A stretch of 64,000 nt of DNA from Cyanobacteriota bacterium (GCA_046052125.1 JBJOMY010000001.1:672001-736000); one strand, 5' to 3'. Shown: positions 9,281-19,591, counted from the stretch's first letter. Notes: generated by a model from the sequence alone, not told the origin. Program-made: numbers and translations.

Positions 9281-9988
9281 TCAGATGTTAGAGGATGTCA
9301 GATCAGTCGACAAGGAAACTACACGCATGGAGCACGCCTCGACAATTTGATGCCAATGCCTACTATTTATTCCCAAGCGATCCAGCATCTCGCCGACGCC
9401 AACTCCTAAGGTCAGCAACCGTTGCCCCTGCGCATGAATCTCCCGCCACGTCGGCGGCACTTTCAGCAGGAACCCGCTGTCCCGCAGAAAGTGGGTTATC
9501 TCCCCATTGGCATAGGTGCGCCCGTAGGGCCGAAAGGGACCCCGTGAGGGGTCATACCGCCGCGCCGCCTTGATCAGCCCGATCATCGCCAGCTGCAGCA
9601 GATCCTCTTTGGGATGAACGGTACGCCTGGCGAAGTTGCCGGCAATCTTCTCCGCCAGATCCATATGCTCCAGCGCCAGGGCATCGGCAGCGGCATGGGG
9701 CCGTACGGGTCGTTGACGCCGCGGCCGGCAGCGTGAAGCCTGTCGGGCCGAAGCCCTTGGCGGATGACGAGCAGGCTCCGCCCAGTTGATCTCCAGCTGC
9801 CCCGCTCGCGCACAACAGGCGGGCCGGCGGTAGGGGCGTTGCCGCAGCATTCGAGCTGCACCGGCGGGGGTCCCCACCAGCACGACCGTGATCGGCAGTG
9901 ACAGCTGCAGCACCGCCGGCTGGCCAGCTACAAGCTCGAGAACCTTTGGTGGCAGCAGATCAGGGGCTTCCATCAGTGCAGCCGCCAT
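9281..9988 (-). CDS. Truncated SigF/SigB-like sigma-70 factor (regions 2-3 only)
   Basis: EDLLQLAMIGLIKAARRYDPSRG-FRPY-NGEITHFLRD; ends about 55 aa later with no region 4. Confidence 0.8.
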   Translation of the reverse strand: MAAALMEAPDLLPPKVLELVAGQPAVLQLSLPITVVLVGTPAGAARMLRQRPYRRPACCARAGQLEINWAEPARHPPRASARQASRCRPRRQRPVRPHAAADALALEHMDLAEKIAGNFARRTVHPKEDLLQLAMIGLIKAARRYDPSRGPFRPYGRTYANGEITHFLRDSGFLLKVPPTWREIHAQGQRLLTLGVGVGEMLDRLGINSRHWHQIVEACSMRVVSLSTDLTSSNI

Positions 9989-10004
9989 CGCCTTCTCTCC
10001 TCCC

Positions 10005-11663
10005 TCACCGGCTCACCAGCAGCGGCGTCACCACCGGCTGGATGCCCTGGGCCTTCCAGTAGCGGCCCTCCAGCCACAGGGCACCGTGGCAGAAGGCATC
10101 CACCAGGTCCTTGCTGCCCTTGGGGAAGCGGATCGCCTCCTCCACCAACGGCTGAGCGCGGTGATGAAAGCGAATCTGCCCGGCCTCCACCAGGGGGGCA
10201 ACGGCATGGGCGCGGGTTTCCTTGCTGCCTCTGGCGGTGATCGGCAGCATCCCCGGCACCCTGCGGCGAAGCGTCTGCAGCACCGCCGGACCATTGGCGG
10301 CGTCCTCGATCAGCACGGCATTGGGGCGCAGACCCTGCTGCTCCAGCGCCTCCAGGCAGCACAGCAGGAAGCGGATCACCTCCGGCAAGCCAAAGCGATG
10401 CCTGGCCGCCCAGAGCACCTCGATCTCCAGGGCAGCTGATGGCGGCGGGCCGACAGGTTCACCCGTTCGGGGGATGACAGCCCGGGGTGGTGGTGCCAAC
10501 AGGCCGACCAGGCAGAAGCCGCAGTAGTCGCTCTCCGCCTCCCCCTTGAACGACAGATCGCATGACAACGCCAGCAGGGCGTACTGCCGTTGCCGGCGAG
10601 CGGTTGCTCCTGCTTCATCGCGTGGGAAGGGCGGACGGATCCACTGCCTCAGGAAGATCGAGCCCGACTCAGGGCTGGGCCGCTGCTGGTACAGCGCTGC
10701 CCACCAATAGGCACCCAGGCGGGCCCGGATCTTGATTAGTTCTGGCAGGGGGAAGCGCTCCGGGCAGAGGGCCTCGCCCGGCTGGCGCCAGTCAGGGATC
10801 AGGGTGCAGGTGGGCGGCAGCATGGGCCGTTCAGTCGGCTCTTCGGCGATGGCCGGCAGATCGAGCACGGTCCAGTGCTGTGGCGCCTCGCCCAGCTCCT
10901 GCTCATACAGCCAGCCGATCACGTCCTGGTGGTCCCAACGGGTCAGCACCACCACCTGGGCCGAGAGGTTCGGCTGCTCTCTGCCGTCTGGCCCCAGCAC
11001 CGATGCCGGTTCGGCGCGGGTGAGCCAGACCGAGCGCAGCCAGTCGATCAGCTTTTGCCGCAGCGCCGGAGAGGCTGCATCACCGGGACCCTTGTAGGGG
11101 TCATCGATGATCCCCAGGCTGTAGCCCTTGCCGGTGAACGGGCCATCCACACCGGCAGCGATGCAGCCGCCGCGCTGGCGGGTGAGCCAGTTGCCGACAG
11201 CCGCCGAGTCACGGGCGAGCAGATGGCCGGTCACCCGGTAAAAGTGGCGCGCCTCGCGGGAGTGGGCGTAGGCCAGCTCCGCCGAATAGGAAGCGATCGC
11301 CGCGAACAGATGCGGGTAGCGCTGCAGGAAGTAGGCCGGGAACAGCTTGGAAACGAGGAGCGATTTCCCTAACCGTGGCGGACAGGTGACGATCAGCCGG
11401 CTGAGCTGACCATCGGCAACGGCCTGCAGCAGCTCGATCAGCACCTCGGCCCAACGGTGGAAGCCATAGCGGGGGTAGGCCTCAGCGATGAAGCTGCGCA
11501 GGCTCCGCGGCTCTGCTGGTTCAACTGCTGTGGCCGTGGTCAGGTGCAGCAGTCCGCTGTCACCCCAGGGGTCGAGCTCCGGCAGCAGCAGGCCGCCTTC
11601 TGCAGGGGCCCGGAGCGTGACCACGGGTGCTGGCATCGCGGTGGCGGTGGTGCTCGCCGTCAT
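10005..11663 (-). CDS. terL: Terminase large subunit
   Basis: Walker A PPRLGKS, Walker B IIDDP, nuclease motifs IEDAANG and KDLVDA; ATG at 11663 overlaps the upstream stop. Confidence 0.9.
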   Translation of the reverse strand: MTASTTATAMPAPVVTLRAPAEGGLLLPELDPWGDSGLLHLTTATAVEPAEPRSLRSFIAEAYPRYGFHRWAEVLIELLQAVADGQLSRLIVTCPPRLGKSLLVSKLFPAYFLQRYPHLFAAIASYSAELAYAHSREARHFYRVTGHLLARDSAAVGNWLTRQRGGCIAAGVDGPFTGKGYSLGIIDDPYKGPGDAASPALRQKLIDWLRSVWLTRAEPASVLGPDGREQPNLSAQVVVLTRWDHQDVIGWLYEQELGEAPQHWTVLDLPAIAEEPTERPMLPPTCTLIPDWRQPGEALCPERFPLPELIKIRARLGAYWWAALYQQRPSPESGSIFLRQWIRPPFPRDEAGATARRQRQYALLALSCDLSFKGEAESDYCGFCLVGLLAPPPRAVIPRTGEPVGPPPSAALEIEVLWAARHRFGLPEVIRFLLCCLEALEQQGLRPNAVLIEDAANGPAVLQTLRRRVPGMLPITARGSKETRAHAVAPLVEAGQIRFHHRAQPLVEEAIRFPKGSKDLVDAFCHGALWLEGRYWKAQGIQPVVTPLLVSR

Positions 11664-12214
11664 GCCCTCGGCTCCGGCGGCTTGATCGGTGCCCGCAGCA
11701 GCCCGCCGATCTCGGCGATCACACGGAAGGCGCCCACTGCAGCGGAGAACTGGCCCGCATCCATCGCCCGGCGGGCGCAGTCGTTGATGGCAAAGATCTG
11801 CTCGGCCTGGTGGCGGCGCCGGTCGGTGATCAGCTCCTCCACCATCCGCTCGCGGGCGAGGTTGAGGTAGCGGTTCACCGTCTGGCTGTTGCGGACCCCC
11901 CATTTCTCACCAGCATTTTCGAGGATCTGCACCAGCGGCAGCCGCTGGGCGATCCACAGCTGGGCCTCGGCGATGCGTCGCTCGATCTCCAGCCGGCTGG
12001 GCCGAGGAGGCGAAATAGCCCGGCGCTTTTGCCGTGGTGGATTGCCGCGGCCCACCGGGCGGCTGGGGTCCACACCCAGCGATTCACCCAAGGGCCGGCC
12101 GTCAGCATCCTCCGTCGGGGCAGCACTGCGCAGGGCCTCGATCGGATCCAGCTGGGCTGCTTGCGGCAGCGCCTGTGCGCCGTGATCAGCAGTGGGGGAG
12201 CGGCCGGCAGCCAC
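11660..12214 (-). CDS. Putative terminase small subunit (HTH)
   Basis: HTH-like KWGVRNSQTVNRYL, translationally coupled to terL. Confidence 0.6.
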   Translation of the reverse strand: MAAGRSPTADHGAQALPQAAQLDPIEALRSAAPTEDADGRPLGESLGVDPSRPVGRGNPPRQKRRAISPPRPSRLEIERRIAEAQLWIAQRLPLVQILENAGEKWGVRNSQTVNRYLNLARERMVEELITDRRRHQAEQIFAINDCARRAMDAGQFSAAVGAFRVIAEIGGLLRAPIKPPEPRA

Positions 12215-12407
12215 GCGTCAGCAACACCTGCAGAGAAAGAAGAAGCACCACCGCGAACCAGATCCAGTGCATTCGTATTCCCGAAAGCATAAGCACTGCA
12301 GCAAGAGTTGCTCGGCTTCGGCTGGGGGGCCGTTTGCGTTGCTGAGCGCTCTGGCCGTTCTGACCACCCAGGACGGTTGGCAGTTCCTGGTGGCCTCCCC
12401 AGGCCCG

Positions 12408-12699
12408 TCTAACGGCCTGAGCTGGTTCTAACAGCCTTCTAACAGCTGCTGTTAGACCTCAGATCCACTGCGCCGCAGCAGCTCTGGGGCGCTGTCCTCT
12501 TCTTTCTAACCTTCTAACAGAAAGAGAGAGATACACAGGAGAAGAGGGGGAGACAGGGGCTCTCTTCTGGATCAGGGGTGTGCGCTGGGGGATATGGAGA
12601 GAGAGCCCCTACCCCCTGTAGGAGCGTTAGACCGTTAGAAACCAGTCACCGCAAGGGGTGTCGCTCTAACAGCCCTGTTAGAGAGCGGCGCCTTCTAAC
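12408..12699. repeat. Iteron field (11 x TCTAAC/GTTAGA), putative replication origin
   Basis: Copies at 12408, 12427, 12438, 12451(rc), 12505, 12513, 12626(rc), 12634(rc), 12665, 12677(rc), 12694, at the 3' end of the primase-helicase gene. Confidence 0.75.
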
Positions 12700-15446
12700 G
12701 CTCCGGGGCCTGTGAGCATGGCCAGGGGCAGGGCCACGGCCCGCGAGCTGCCCAGGCCGCGGAAGTGCACCAGCAGAGAGCGGTTGGCACCGGGCAGGCG
12801 GCTGAGGATCGCCCCCCAGTTGGTCACCCAGGCGGTATCCGCCAGCATGCGGCCGATGGCTTCTGCGCTGTTGCTGATCAGCAGCTCCCCATCCCGCACC
12901 CGCAGGCCATGGCGGGCCAGCAGGTCGGCGGCATCGGCAGGCCGCACCGGCTCCATTGGTGAGGGCATGGCAGTTGACACCAGCTCCACCAGTTCCAGCA
13001 CCGTGCGGGTCACCGCCGAGCGCTCCTCGCTCTCCACCCGCAGCTGGTGCTGCAGGATCCGGTTGAGGCAGCGGCGCTCATCCGGGATCTCCGTGCTCTC
13101 GCGGTAGCTGCTCCAGTCCGCGCCATCGATCAGGCTCTGCACCTCCGCCGCGCTGGGCACCCGCGAGGCCTGCAGCGACCAGGCGCCGGCCAGCAGGGTT
13201 CCGTACTGGTCACCCAGGGCCTGCGAATCGAAGTGGGCCGCCGCCACTCGGGAGCAGACGGTGATCGAGCGGCGGATCACCGGGATCAGCGCCACGGTGC
13301 GGGCGATCAGCCGGTTGGCGAACGCCGGGGTAATCAGCTGCTCGAGGTCCCGGTCCAGCGCCTGCCAGTGGGCCTCCCGTTGCTGCTGGGGCAGCTCACT
13401 GGGATTGCGCAGGTTGAGCGGAGCAAAGCGGCGCCGGTCGGCGCCCTGCTTGAGCCCGGTGGCGATGGAGGAGAGCAGGAACATCGAGCGCACCGAGTAG
13501 CGCGCCACCTCCCCGCCAGGGGAGCCCTTCACGATCGCCGCGCGGGATTCGGAGCTCGCCACCCGGGCCAGCGCCAGGATCGCCTGGATGCGCTGCTGGT
13601 CCTCGCGCTCGTTGCTCTCGGCTTCATCGATCAGCACGGGCAGGGCATCGGAGCGCAGGGTTTGGCGGATGCCGGCTTCTGTGACGCTGCCCACAAATAC
13701 CCGGGCCATGTCGGCGAGCAGCACGCCACAGAAACGCTCAAAGAGGTGCGACTTGCCCGAGCCGGCCGGGCCGCTCAGCCAGAGGTGGGGCCGCCAGCGC
13801 AGGGCACCGCAGATCGGCGCCAGCGTCACCCAGCCAGCCAGGAGCATCGCCGAGGCCGGCACCTCCCAGTGGAAGCGGTCCGCCAGGGTGAGCACCAGCA
13901 GGGCTTCTTCATCAGAGAGCGGCTGGGCATCAGCTGTGCCCACCAGGGCCGCACCGCGCTGGTAGTGGAAGCGGCTGTTGAGGGTGGCGCTGATCGGCCG
14001 CGGCTCGCCGTCCACCACCAGGCGGTCGCCGAGATGGAGCACGCAACGGCCCTCGTCCCACCAGATGCCGCGGCCGCGCAGCAGGTCGGGATCGAACATG
14101 CCGATGGCGGCCTGACGGCAAAACAGATCGGAGGCCGCGGCCGTCCAGTTCACGCCCCGCTTGGAGGGGTAGAGGGTCTCCCAGTAGGCCAAGGGCGCCA
14201 GGCGGCAGAGGTTCACGCCGCCATGGGCAGACGAGCCCAGCCGCATCACCTGGCCGGTGGAGCGGGGTTGGTAGAAGTAGCCGTCGCTGTCGTAGCCCAG
14301 GCAGACGAACGGCTCGGCGCCTGAGGGAAGCGGACGCTCGGGCGGCTCCGGCGGCAGGTGATCGCCAGCACCGCCCTGTTTGTCAGGAGGCGGATCAACC
14401 GCCGGAGCTTGGGTGTCGGCGGCGGCATCGAGGACCGGATGCAGCACGGTTCTGCAGTGGCTCTCCAAGTAGGCCTGGGCTTCTGCAGGGCTCCAGCTGG
14501 CATCGGCCAGATCCCAACCGGCTGCGCCCGGCGCATCCACCAGGTCCCAGTCCTCCTCCGTACAGCTCGGTGGCAGCACCACCGCTACAGGGCAGCCCAG
14601 CTCCAGCAGCAGTGCCGCCAGCCGGGCCATCGCCTCGCGGCCGCTGCTGTCGGCATCGGGCCAGAGGGTGACGGCGCGGCCGGCCAGGGGGCTCCAGTCC
14701 ACGCTGGCGATGGCCTGGCTGCCGCCGCACCAGCTCACCACCACGTGATCGGGAAACAGCCCCACGGCGGCATCGGCCGCCTTCTCCCCCTCGGTGATCA
14801 GCACCGGCGCCCAGAAGTGGCGCTCCAGTTCTGCCAGCCGGTACAGGGGCCGGGGGGCCGGCCAGTCGGAGCGAAAGGGATCGCGGCGGGAGGGAAAGTG
14901 CCAGCCGCCATCCAGCCAGGTGCGCTGCACAAACACCTTGCGGCGCCGGCCGCCCTGCTCCAGTTCCAGCCGCTGCACCCAGAACAGCGGCGCTCCGGCC
15001 GCATCGGTGTAGCACCACTGGCCGCTGGCGCGGCCCAGCTCCGGCGGGGGAGCATCGACCGGCGGGGTGTCTGGGATGCGGGCAGGTCGGCCCGCCTTGC
15101 GGCCAGAGCGGCTGGGGCTGGCAGGGGCTGGACGATGCGGGCCTGGCTCCGCCGGCAGGCCCAGGTGGGCCTCAATGCGGCGGGCGGCGGTGGCGAAGTC
15201 CCACCCCGTCAGGCGCAGCAGCAGATCCATGCCGTTGCCGCCGCCACCACGGTGATCACGGCCGCCGCACTGGTTGCAGAACCAGCCACCCGGGCCGTCA
15301 TCACAGTCCCAGCGGTAGCGATCGGTGCCGCCGCAGGCGGGGCAGGGCTGATGGCGGTTCTCCAGCTGCTCCGGCGCCAGACCGGCGAGCTCGATCAGCA
15401 GCCGCGGCCACTGGCCCGCCGCGGCCGCCATCACGTCGGTGGCCAT
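12678..15446 (-). CDS. P4-alpha-like primase-helicase (zinc finger, TOPRIM, helicase)
   Basis: HQPCPACGGTDRYR...WFCNQCG; EGEKAADA, WPDAD; GPAGSGKS and LIDEAE. Confidence 0.9.
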   Translation of the reverse strand: MATDVMAAAAGQWPRLLIELAGLAPEQLENRHQPCPACGGTDRYRWDCDDGPGGWFCNQCGGRDHRGGGGNGMDLLLRLTGWDFATAARRIEAHLGLPAEPGPHRPAPASPSRSGRKAGRPARIPDTPPVDAPPPELGRASGQWCYTDAAGAPLFWVQRLELEQGGRRRKVFVQRTWLDGGWHFPSRRDPFRSDWPAPRPLYRLAELERHFWAPVLITEGEKAADAAVGLFPDHVVVSWCGGSQAIASVDWSPLAGRAVTLWPDADSSGREAMARLAALLLELGCPVAVVLPPSCTEEDWDLVDAPGAAGWDLADASWSPAEAQAYLESHCRTVLHPVLDAAADTQAPAVDPPPDKQGGAGDHLPPEPPERPLPSGAEPFVCLGYDSDGYFYQPRSTGQVMRLGSSAHGGVNLCRLAPLAYWETLYPSKRGVNWTAAASDLFCRQAAIGMFDPDLLRGRGIWWDEGRCVLHLGDRLVVDGEPRPISATLNSRFHYQRGAALVGTADAQPLSDEEALLVLTLADRFHWEVPASAMLLAGWVTLAPICGALRWRPHLWLSGPAGSGKSHLFERFCGVLLADMARVFVGSVTEAGIRQTLRSDALPVLIDEAESNEREDQQRIQAILALARVASSESRAAIVKGSPGGEVARYSVRSMFLLSSIATGLKQGADRRRFAPLNLRNPSELPQQQREAHWQALDRDLEQLITPAFANRLIARTVALIPVIRRSITVCSRVAAAHFDSQALGDQYGTLLAGAWSLQASRVPSAAEVQSLIDGADWSSYRESTEIPDERRCLNRILQHQLRVESEERSAVTRTVLELVELVSTAMPSPMEPVRPADAADLLARHGLRVRDGELLISNSAEAIGRMLADTAWVTNWGAILSRLPGANRSLLVHFRGLGSSRAVALPLAMLTGPGALEGAAL

Positions 15447-15631
15447 CAGCGCCGGGGGCTCTGGGCTCCAGCGGGCGGTGCAGGTTGCTGCGGGTTGAGC
15501 GGGCGCCCCTCACCCCGCATCACCTGCACCAGGGTCCGCCGCACAAAGGAGGCGCGGCTCTCGATGCCGGCGGCGTGGTCGTCAATCCAGGAGACGACAG
15601 CCTCCGGCAGCTGCAGCTGGATGCGCTTCAT
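15446..15631 (-). CDS. Ribbon-helix-helix DNA-binding protein
   Basis: MKRIQLQLPEAVVSWIDDHA...SRASFVR, a CopG-like pattern. Confidence 0.7.
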   Translation of the reverse strand: MKRIQLQLPEAVVSWIDDHAAGIESRASFVRRTLVQVMRGEGRPLNPQQPAPPAGAQSPRR

Positions 15632-15712
15632 GGTGACAGCACAATGCTTGCCCGAAAGCCTAGCCGCTGTTTTCGGGAGCCCTAAAATCTGTCACGGTGC
15701 TGCCGTGCCGCT

Positions 15713-17107
15713 GTGTCCTTCAGCCTGCGCCCCTACCAGCAGGACGCCGTTGCCCGCGTGCGGCAGGCGTTCATGGCTGGCCACCGCGCCGTGCTCTTTG
15801 TCCTGCCCACCGGTGGCGGCAAGACCGTGGTCTTCAGCCACATCGCCGAGCAGGCCTCCGCGCGCGGCAACCGCATCGCTGTGCTGGTGCACCGGGCTGA
15901 GCTGCTCGATCAGGCCTGTCGCTCCCTGGCTGCCATGGGAGTGCGCCATGGCGTGATCGCCGCCGGCCGCTCGATGAACCTGGCCGCACCGGTGCAGGTG
16001 GCCAGCGTCCAGACCCTCGCCCGGCGTCTGCATCAGCTGCCGGCCGATCTATTCCAGCTGCTGGTGGTGGATGAGGCGCACCACAGCAATGCAGGCACCT
16101 GGGCCAAGGTGATCGGCCACTTTGATCGAGCCCTGCTGCTGGGGGTCACGGCCACGCCGGTGCGGGGCGATGGCCGCGGCCTGGGGGAGTTCTATTCAGC
16201 CCTGGTGCTCGGCCCCAGCGCCGCCTGGCTGTGCGCCGAGGGTTACCTGGCGCCGGCGCGGGTGTTCGCCCCGCCGCTGGGGTTCTCGGTGAAGGGCCTG
16301 CGCCGGCGGATGGGGGACTTCGATCTCAACCAGGCGGCCGGTCAGCTGGGCGGCAGCCGGATCCTCGGCGATGCCGTCAGCCACTACCTCAGCCACCTGA
16401 GCGGCCGCACCGCCATCGCCTTCTGCTGCTCAATCGCCCATGCCCAGGCGGTGGCCCAGGCGTTTGTGGAGCGGGGTGTGGCCGCGGCCTCGATCGATGG
16501 CGCGATGGACACCCTGCAGCGGCGGCGGTTGCTGGAACAGCTCGGCAGTGGTGAGCTGCAGGTGCTCACCAGCTGCAACCTGATCGGCGAGGGGGTGGAT
16601 GTGCCCTCGGTGGGAGGCTGCCTGCTGCTACGGCCCACCCAGAGCCTGGCGCTGCACCTGCAGATGATCGGCCGCTGCCTGCGGCCCCAGCCCGGCAAGG
16701 AGGCGGTGATCCTCGATCACGTGGGCAACATCGAGCGCCTGGGCCACCACCTCGATGAGCAGGAGTGGAGCCTGGACGGGGTGCGCAGGCGCGAGCAGAG
16801 CAAGGCCCCCTCCGTGAAGACCTGCCCGGAGTGCTTCTGCGCCATGGCCAGCGCCGTCAGCACCTGCCCGGAATGCGGGCACCAGTTCCGGCCGGAGAAG
16901 CGCCAACTGGTCACGGTGGCCGGCGAACTGAAGGAACTGCACCAGCAGGAGCTGCGCCGCCAGCGCAAGCGGGAGCAGAGCCAGGCCCGCACCGCCGCGG
17001 AACTGGAGGCCCTGGGCGCCCAACGCGGCATGAAGAACCCGAAGGGCTGGGCGCGGCATGTGATCGCTAGCCGCCAGACGCGGGGGCAGTGGGGGCTGCT
17101 GGCATGA
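15713..17107 (+). CDS. SF2 DEAD/DEAH-box helicase with C-terminal zinc ribbon
   Basis: PTGGGKT, DEAH, TATP, QMIGRCLR, CPEC...CPEC. Confidence 0.9.
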   Translation: MSFSLRPYQQDAVARVRQAFMAGHRAVLFVLPTGGGKTVVFSHIAEQASARGNRIAVLVHRAELLDQACRSLAAMGVRHGVIAAGRSMNLAAPVQVASVQTLARRLHQLPADLFQLLVVDEAHHSNAGTWAKVIGHFDRALLLGVTATPVRGDGRGLGEFYSALVLGPSAAWLCAEGYLAPARVFAPPLGFSVKGLRRRMGDFDLNQAAGQLGGSRILGDAVSHYLSHLSGRTAIAFCCSIAHAQAVAQAFVERGVAAASIDGAMDTLQRRRLLEQLGSGELQVLTSCNLIGEGVDVPSVGGCLLLRPTQSLALHLQMIGRCLRPQPGKEAVILDHVGNIERLGHHLDEQEWSLDGVRRREQSKAPSVKTCPECFCAMASAVSTCPECGHQFRPEKRQLVTVAGELKELHQQELRRQRKREQSQARTAAELEALGAQRGMKNPKGWARHVIASRQTRGQWGLLA

Positions 17108-17463
17108 GCGAACAGGAACTGCAGCAGCGCATCCGGCTGGAGCTGGGCCGGGGCCCGGTGCGGTTGTGGCGCAACAACGTCGGCGCCCTGCGCGATGAAC
17201 GCGGCCGGCTGGTCACCTACGGACTGTGCAAGGGCAGCAGCGACCTGATCGGCCTCAGCCAGGTGCTGATTGGCCCGGAGCACCTCGGCCAGACCCTGGC
17301 GGTCTTCTCCGCCCTTGAGGTCAAGACCACCAAGGGCCGCATCAGGGAGGAGCAGGAGAAGTTCCTGCAGCTGGTGCAGCAGCTCGGCGGCCGCGGCGGC
17401 GTGGTGCGCTCAGTGGAAGAAGCCAGGCTCCTGCTCGGCGGCAGTAGCGGGATCTCCGCCTGA
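17104..17463 (+). CDS. VRR-NUC domain nuclease
   Basis: GSSDLIG...ALEVKT...EQEKF PD-(D/E)xK pattern; ATGA overlap with the helicase. Confidence 0.8.
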   Translation: MSEQELQQRIRLELGRGPVRLWRNNVGALRDERGRLVTYGLCKGSSDLIGLSQVLIGPEHLGQTLAVFSALEVKTTKGRIREEQEKFLQLVQQLGGRGGVVRSVEEARLLLGGSSGISA

Positions 17464-17709
17464 GGACGCACCGGCAGCACAGGGACGGGCAGCAGGGCGC
17501 TGGGCGTGGAGCACCCGGCGGCTGCGGCGCGCCAGGGCCTTCTCCACTTCAGGGACATTCCAGAGCAGGGTGGGCCGCTGCAGCCCAGCACCAGCGGCCC
17601 TGAAGTGATCGCCGGGACGCAGCACCCCATCACGGCGCAGCCGCAGCAGCGTGCGGTCACTGATCCGCAACGCCTTGCAGGCTTCCCGGGTGGAATGGGT
17701 GAACTCCAT
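17410..17709 (-). CDS. Excisionase/AlpA-like HTH protein
   Basis: STREACKALRISDRTLLRLRRDG MerR-like HTH, downstream of the integrase. Confidence 0.7.
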   Translation of the reverse strand: MEFTHSTREACKALRISDRTLLRLRRDGVLRPGDHFRAAGAGLQRPTLLWNVPEVEKALARRSRRVLHAQRPAARPCAAGASSGGDPATAAEQEPGFFH

Positions 17710-18016
17710 TGCTCGTCATCAGGCGACTTGCCGGGACATTAACCGCAGAAAACTGCCATCAACTGCCCCATTCACGGGTATGTCGACATCTACCAATAGG
17801 TTCCCTTTCGGCAATCCTTAGAGATCAGAAGTTGAACCAAGTTCATCATTCTGGGAACCCAACCGGTAACCCACTGCGGCGCAAGCCAAGGGCCCGGAAC
17901 CCTGATGGGAACACGATCAACGGCTGAGCGGGATAACCCAAGGGGCAACAGACCGCAGGCATCAAGAGCGAGGCGGGGAGAGCATCGCCCTTGATGTCTG
18001 CGCAAGAGCCGACGCA

Positions 18017-19552
18017 TCAACCTCGTGCGCTGAGGGCCATCAGCTGCCGGGCGAGGTTGAGCAGCTCTGGGGTGACCTCCTCCGGCAGACCAGCAGCAGG
18101 CGCTGCAGGTGAAGCCAGCTCAGGCATCGGAATGGACGCGGCCGGCAGCGGTGCAGCAGGCGCAATCGCAGGAGCAGGGCGCTGGCCCTCATCGAGAGCC
18201 TTCTGCAAGGCCATCCCCCGCTCAATCTGCTGGGCGGTCTGCTCCACCAGGTAGCGGCGGGCGTGGATCACCTCGCTGTGGCCCATCGCCTGGGCCTTGA
18301 GCGCTGTCGACCAGGTGGTCGTCTCGCGGGCACGGATCGCCCAGGCATGGCGCAGGTCATAGGCCTTGCAGCGGCCCTGCACCGGCGGCGGCTGGGGCCG
18401 GCCCGGGAGGCTTCTGGGGTGATGCCAGCCGAGCAGCTTGACCTTGATCTCACCAGCGGGCTTGGTGGCATGCCGCAGCCAGTGCACCACCACCCGGCCC
18501 AGGGCGGCATTGTTCCAGAACTGGACGCTGCCGTCGCTGGCTTCCGCAGTGCGGATGGGGTAACGCCGGCGCAGCTCGGCCAGCATGGCCCTGGAGTGGA
18601 CCACGTCGTTGAGGCGGTAGCGCTCCAGCCACTCCTCCGGCAGCGGCAGCGCAAAGCGGTGGCCGGTCTTGGTGGCCTGCTCACCATGGCTTTCGAACAT
18701 GCTGATCTGCAGGAAGGTGGGCTCGACGCTGCTTTCGCCAGGCAGCCGCTCGATGTGCCACACCTCGTGGGCCCGCAGGCCGTAGCAGGCAATAACGGCC
18801 ATCACCCAACCCCGCAAGGGGTTTTCCTGCTGCACCTGATCCAGCCAGGCCTCCACCTCAGCCGTGGAGGGGATGAAGCGTGGGGCGGGCGTGCGGACCC
18901 TGCCGCTGGAGTTTTTGAGGCCCTCGAGCTTGGCGCGCAGCTCCGGCGTGGCGATGGAGACCCCCCGCTTGGCCAGGTAGTTCACCATCTGCACCACCCC
19001 GTGAAAGCTGCTGGTGTTGGTCTTGCGAGGCACCAGGGGCTGGGAGCGATCGCGGGCCTGCGCATCCAGCGACGCCGGGGTGTGCAGACAGAAGCGCTCC
19101 AGCTCTTCCGTGCGGGCGAAGGCCTCGTCAGGGAAGGTACGCCCGAAGTACCCCCGGTCGGTGAAGCAGGAGAAGGGGTTGCGGTCCTTGGCTTTGGGGC
19201 CACCCGGAGCAATGTCGGCTTTGATCAGCGATCTGATCTCTCCCCATGTCTGCAAGGGGCCGCAATCAGCAGGAGGTTGTTCACCCGGAGCCAGGTGCAG
19301 CCGCCGCCAGTCGAGCCCTGGCCCGCCGCGCAGCAAATTTCGCTGAGCCGCCAGCAGTAGCTCTACCAATTCGCCGAGATCACCATCCCGGTCGATCCGA
19401 TAGCCGCGGGCGGACTGGCTGCGACCACCTGCACGGGTTTCGTACACGTAGTAGTAGGGACTGTTCCGCCCTGGATGCAGCCGAATCCGATAAGGACAGG
19501 CAGCAAGGCGTAAGCGACAGGAGGCCTGCTGCAGAGCACTACGGGGCTGCAT
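18017..19552 (-). CDS. int: Tyrosine recombinase/integrase
   Basis: YGLRAHEV, KTGHR, YDLRHAWAIR, MGHSEVIHARRY catalytic motifs; adjacent to the tRNA fragment. Confidence 0.9.
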   Translation of the reverse strand: MQPRSALQQASCRLRLAACPYRIRLHPGRNSPYYYVYETRAGGRSQSARGYRIDRDGDLGELVELLLAAQRNLLRGGPGLDWRRLHLAPGEQPPADCGPLQTWGEIRSLIKADIAPGGPKAKDRNPFSCFTDRGYFGRTFPDEAFARTEELERFCLHTPASLDAQARDRSQPLVPRKTNTSSFHGVVQMVNYLAKRGVSIATPELRAKLEGLKNSSGRVRTPAPRFIPSTAEVEAWLDQVQQENPLRGWVMAVIACYGLRAHEVWHIERLPGESSVEPTFLQISMFESHGEQATKTGHRFALPLPEEWLERYRLNDVVHSRAMLAELRRRYPIRTAEASDGSVQFWNNAALGRVVVHWLRHATKPAGEIKVKLLGWHHPRSLPGRPQPPPVQGRCKAYDLRHAWAIRARETTTWSTALKAQAMGHSEVIHARRYLVEQTAQQIERGMALQKALDEGQRPAPAIAPAAPLPAASIPMPELASPAAPAAGLPEEVTPELLNLARQLMALSARG

Positions 19553-19591
19553 CAGCGCCTCCCCGTCTCACGGAATGAGACGCGTGGGAGA

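Noticed and set aside
13047..15956. Long plus-strand ORFs (425 and 532 aa)
   Set aside because: Antisense shadows of the primase gene, expected in high-GC DNA; the same applies to 2350..3297, 3584..4657, 18263..19360 and 21247..22260
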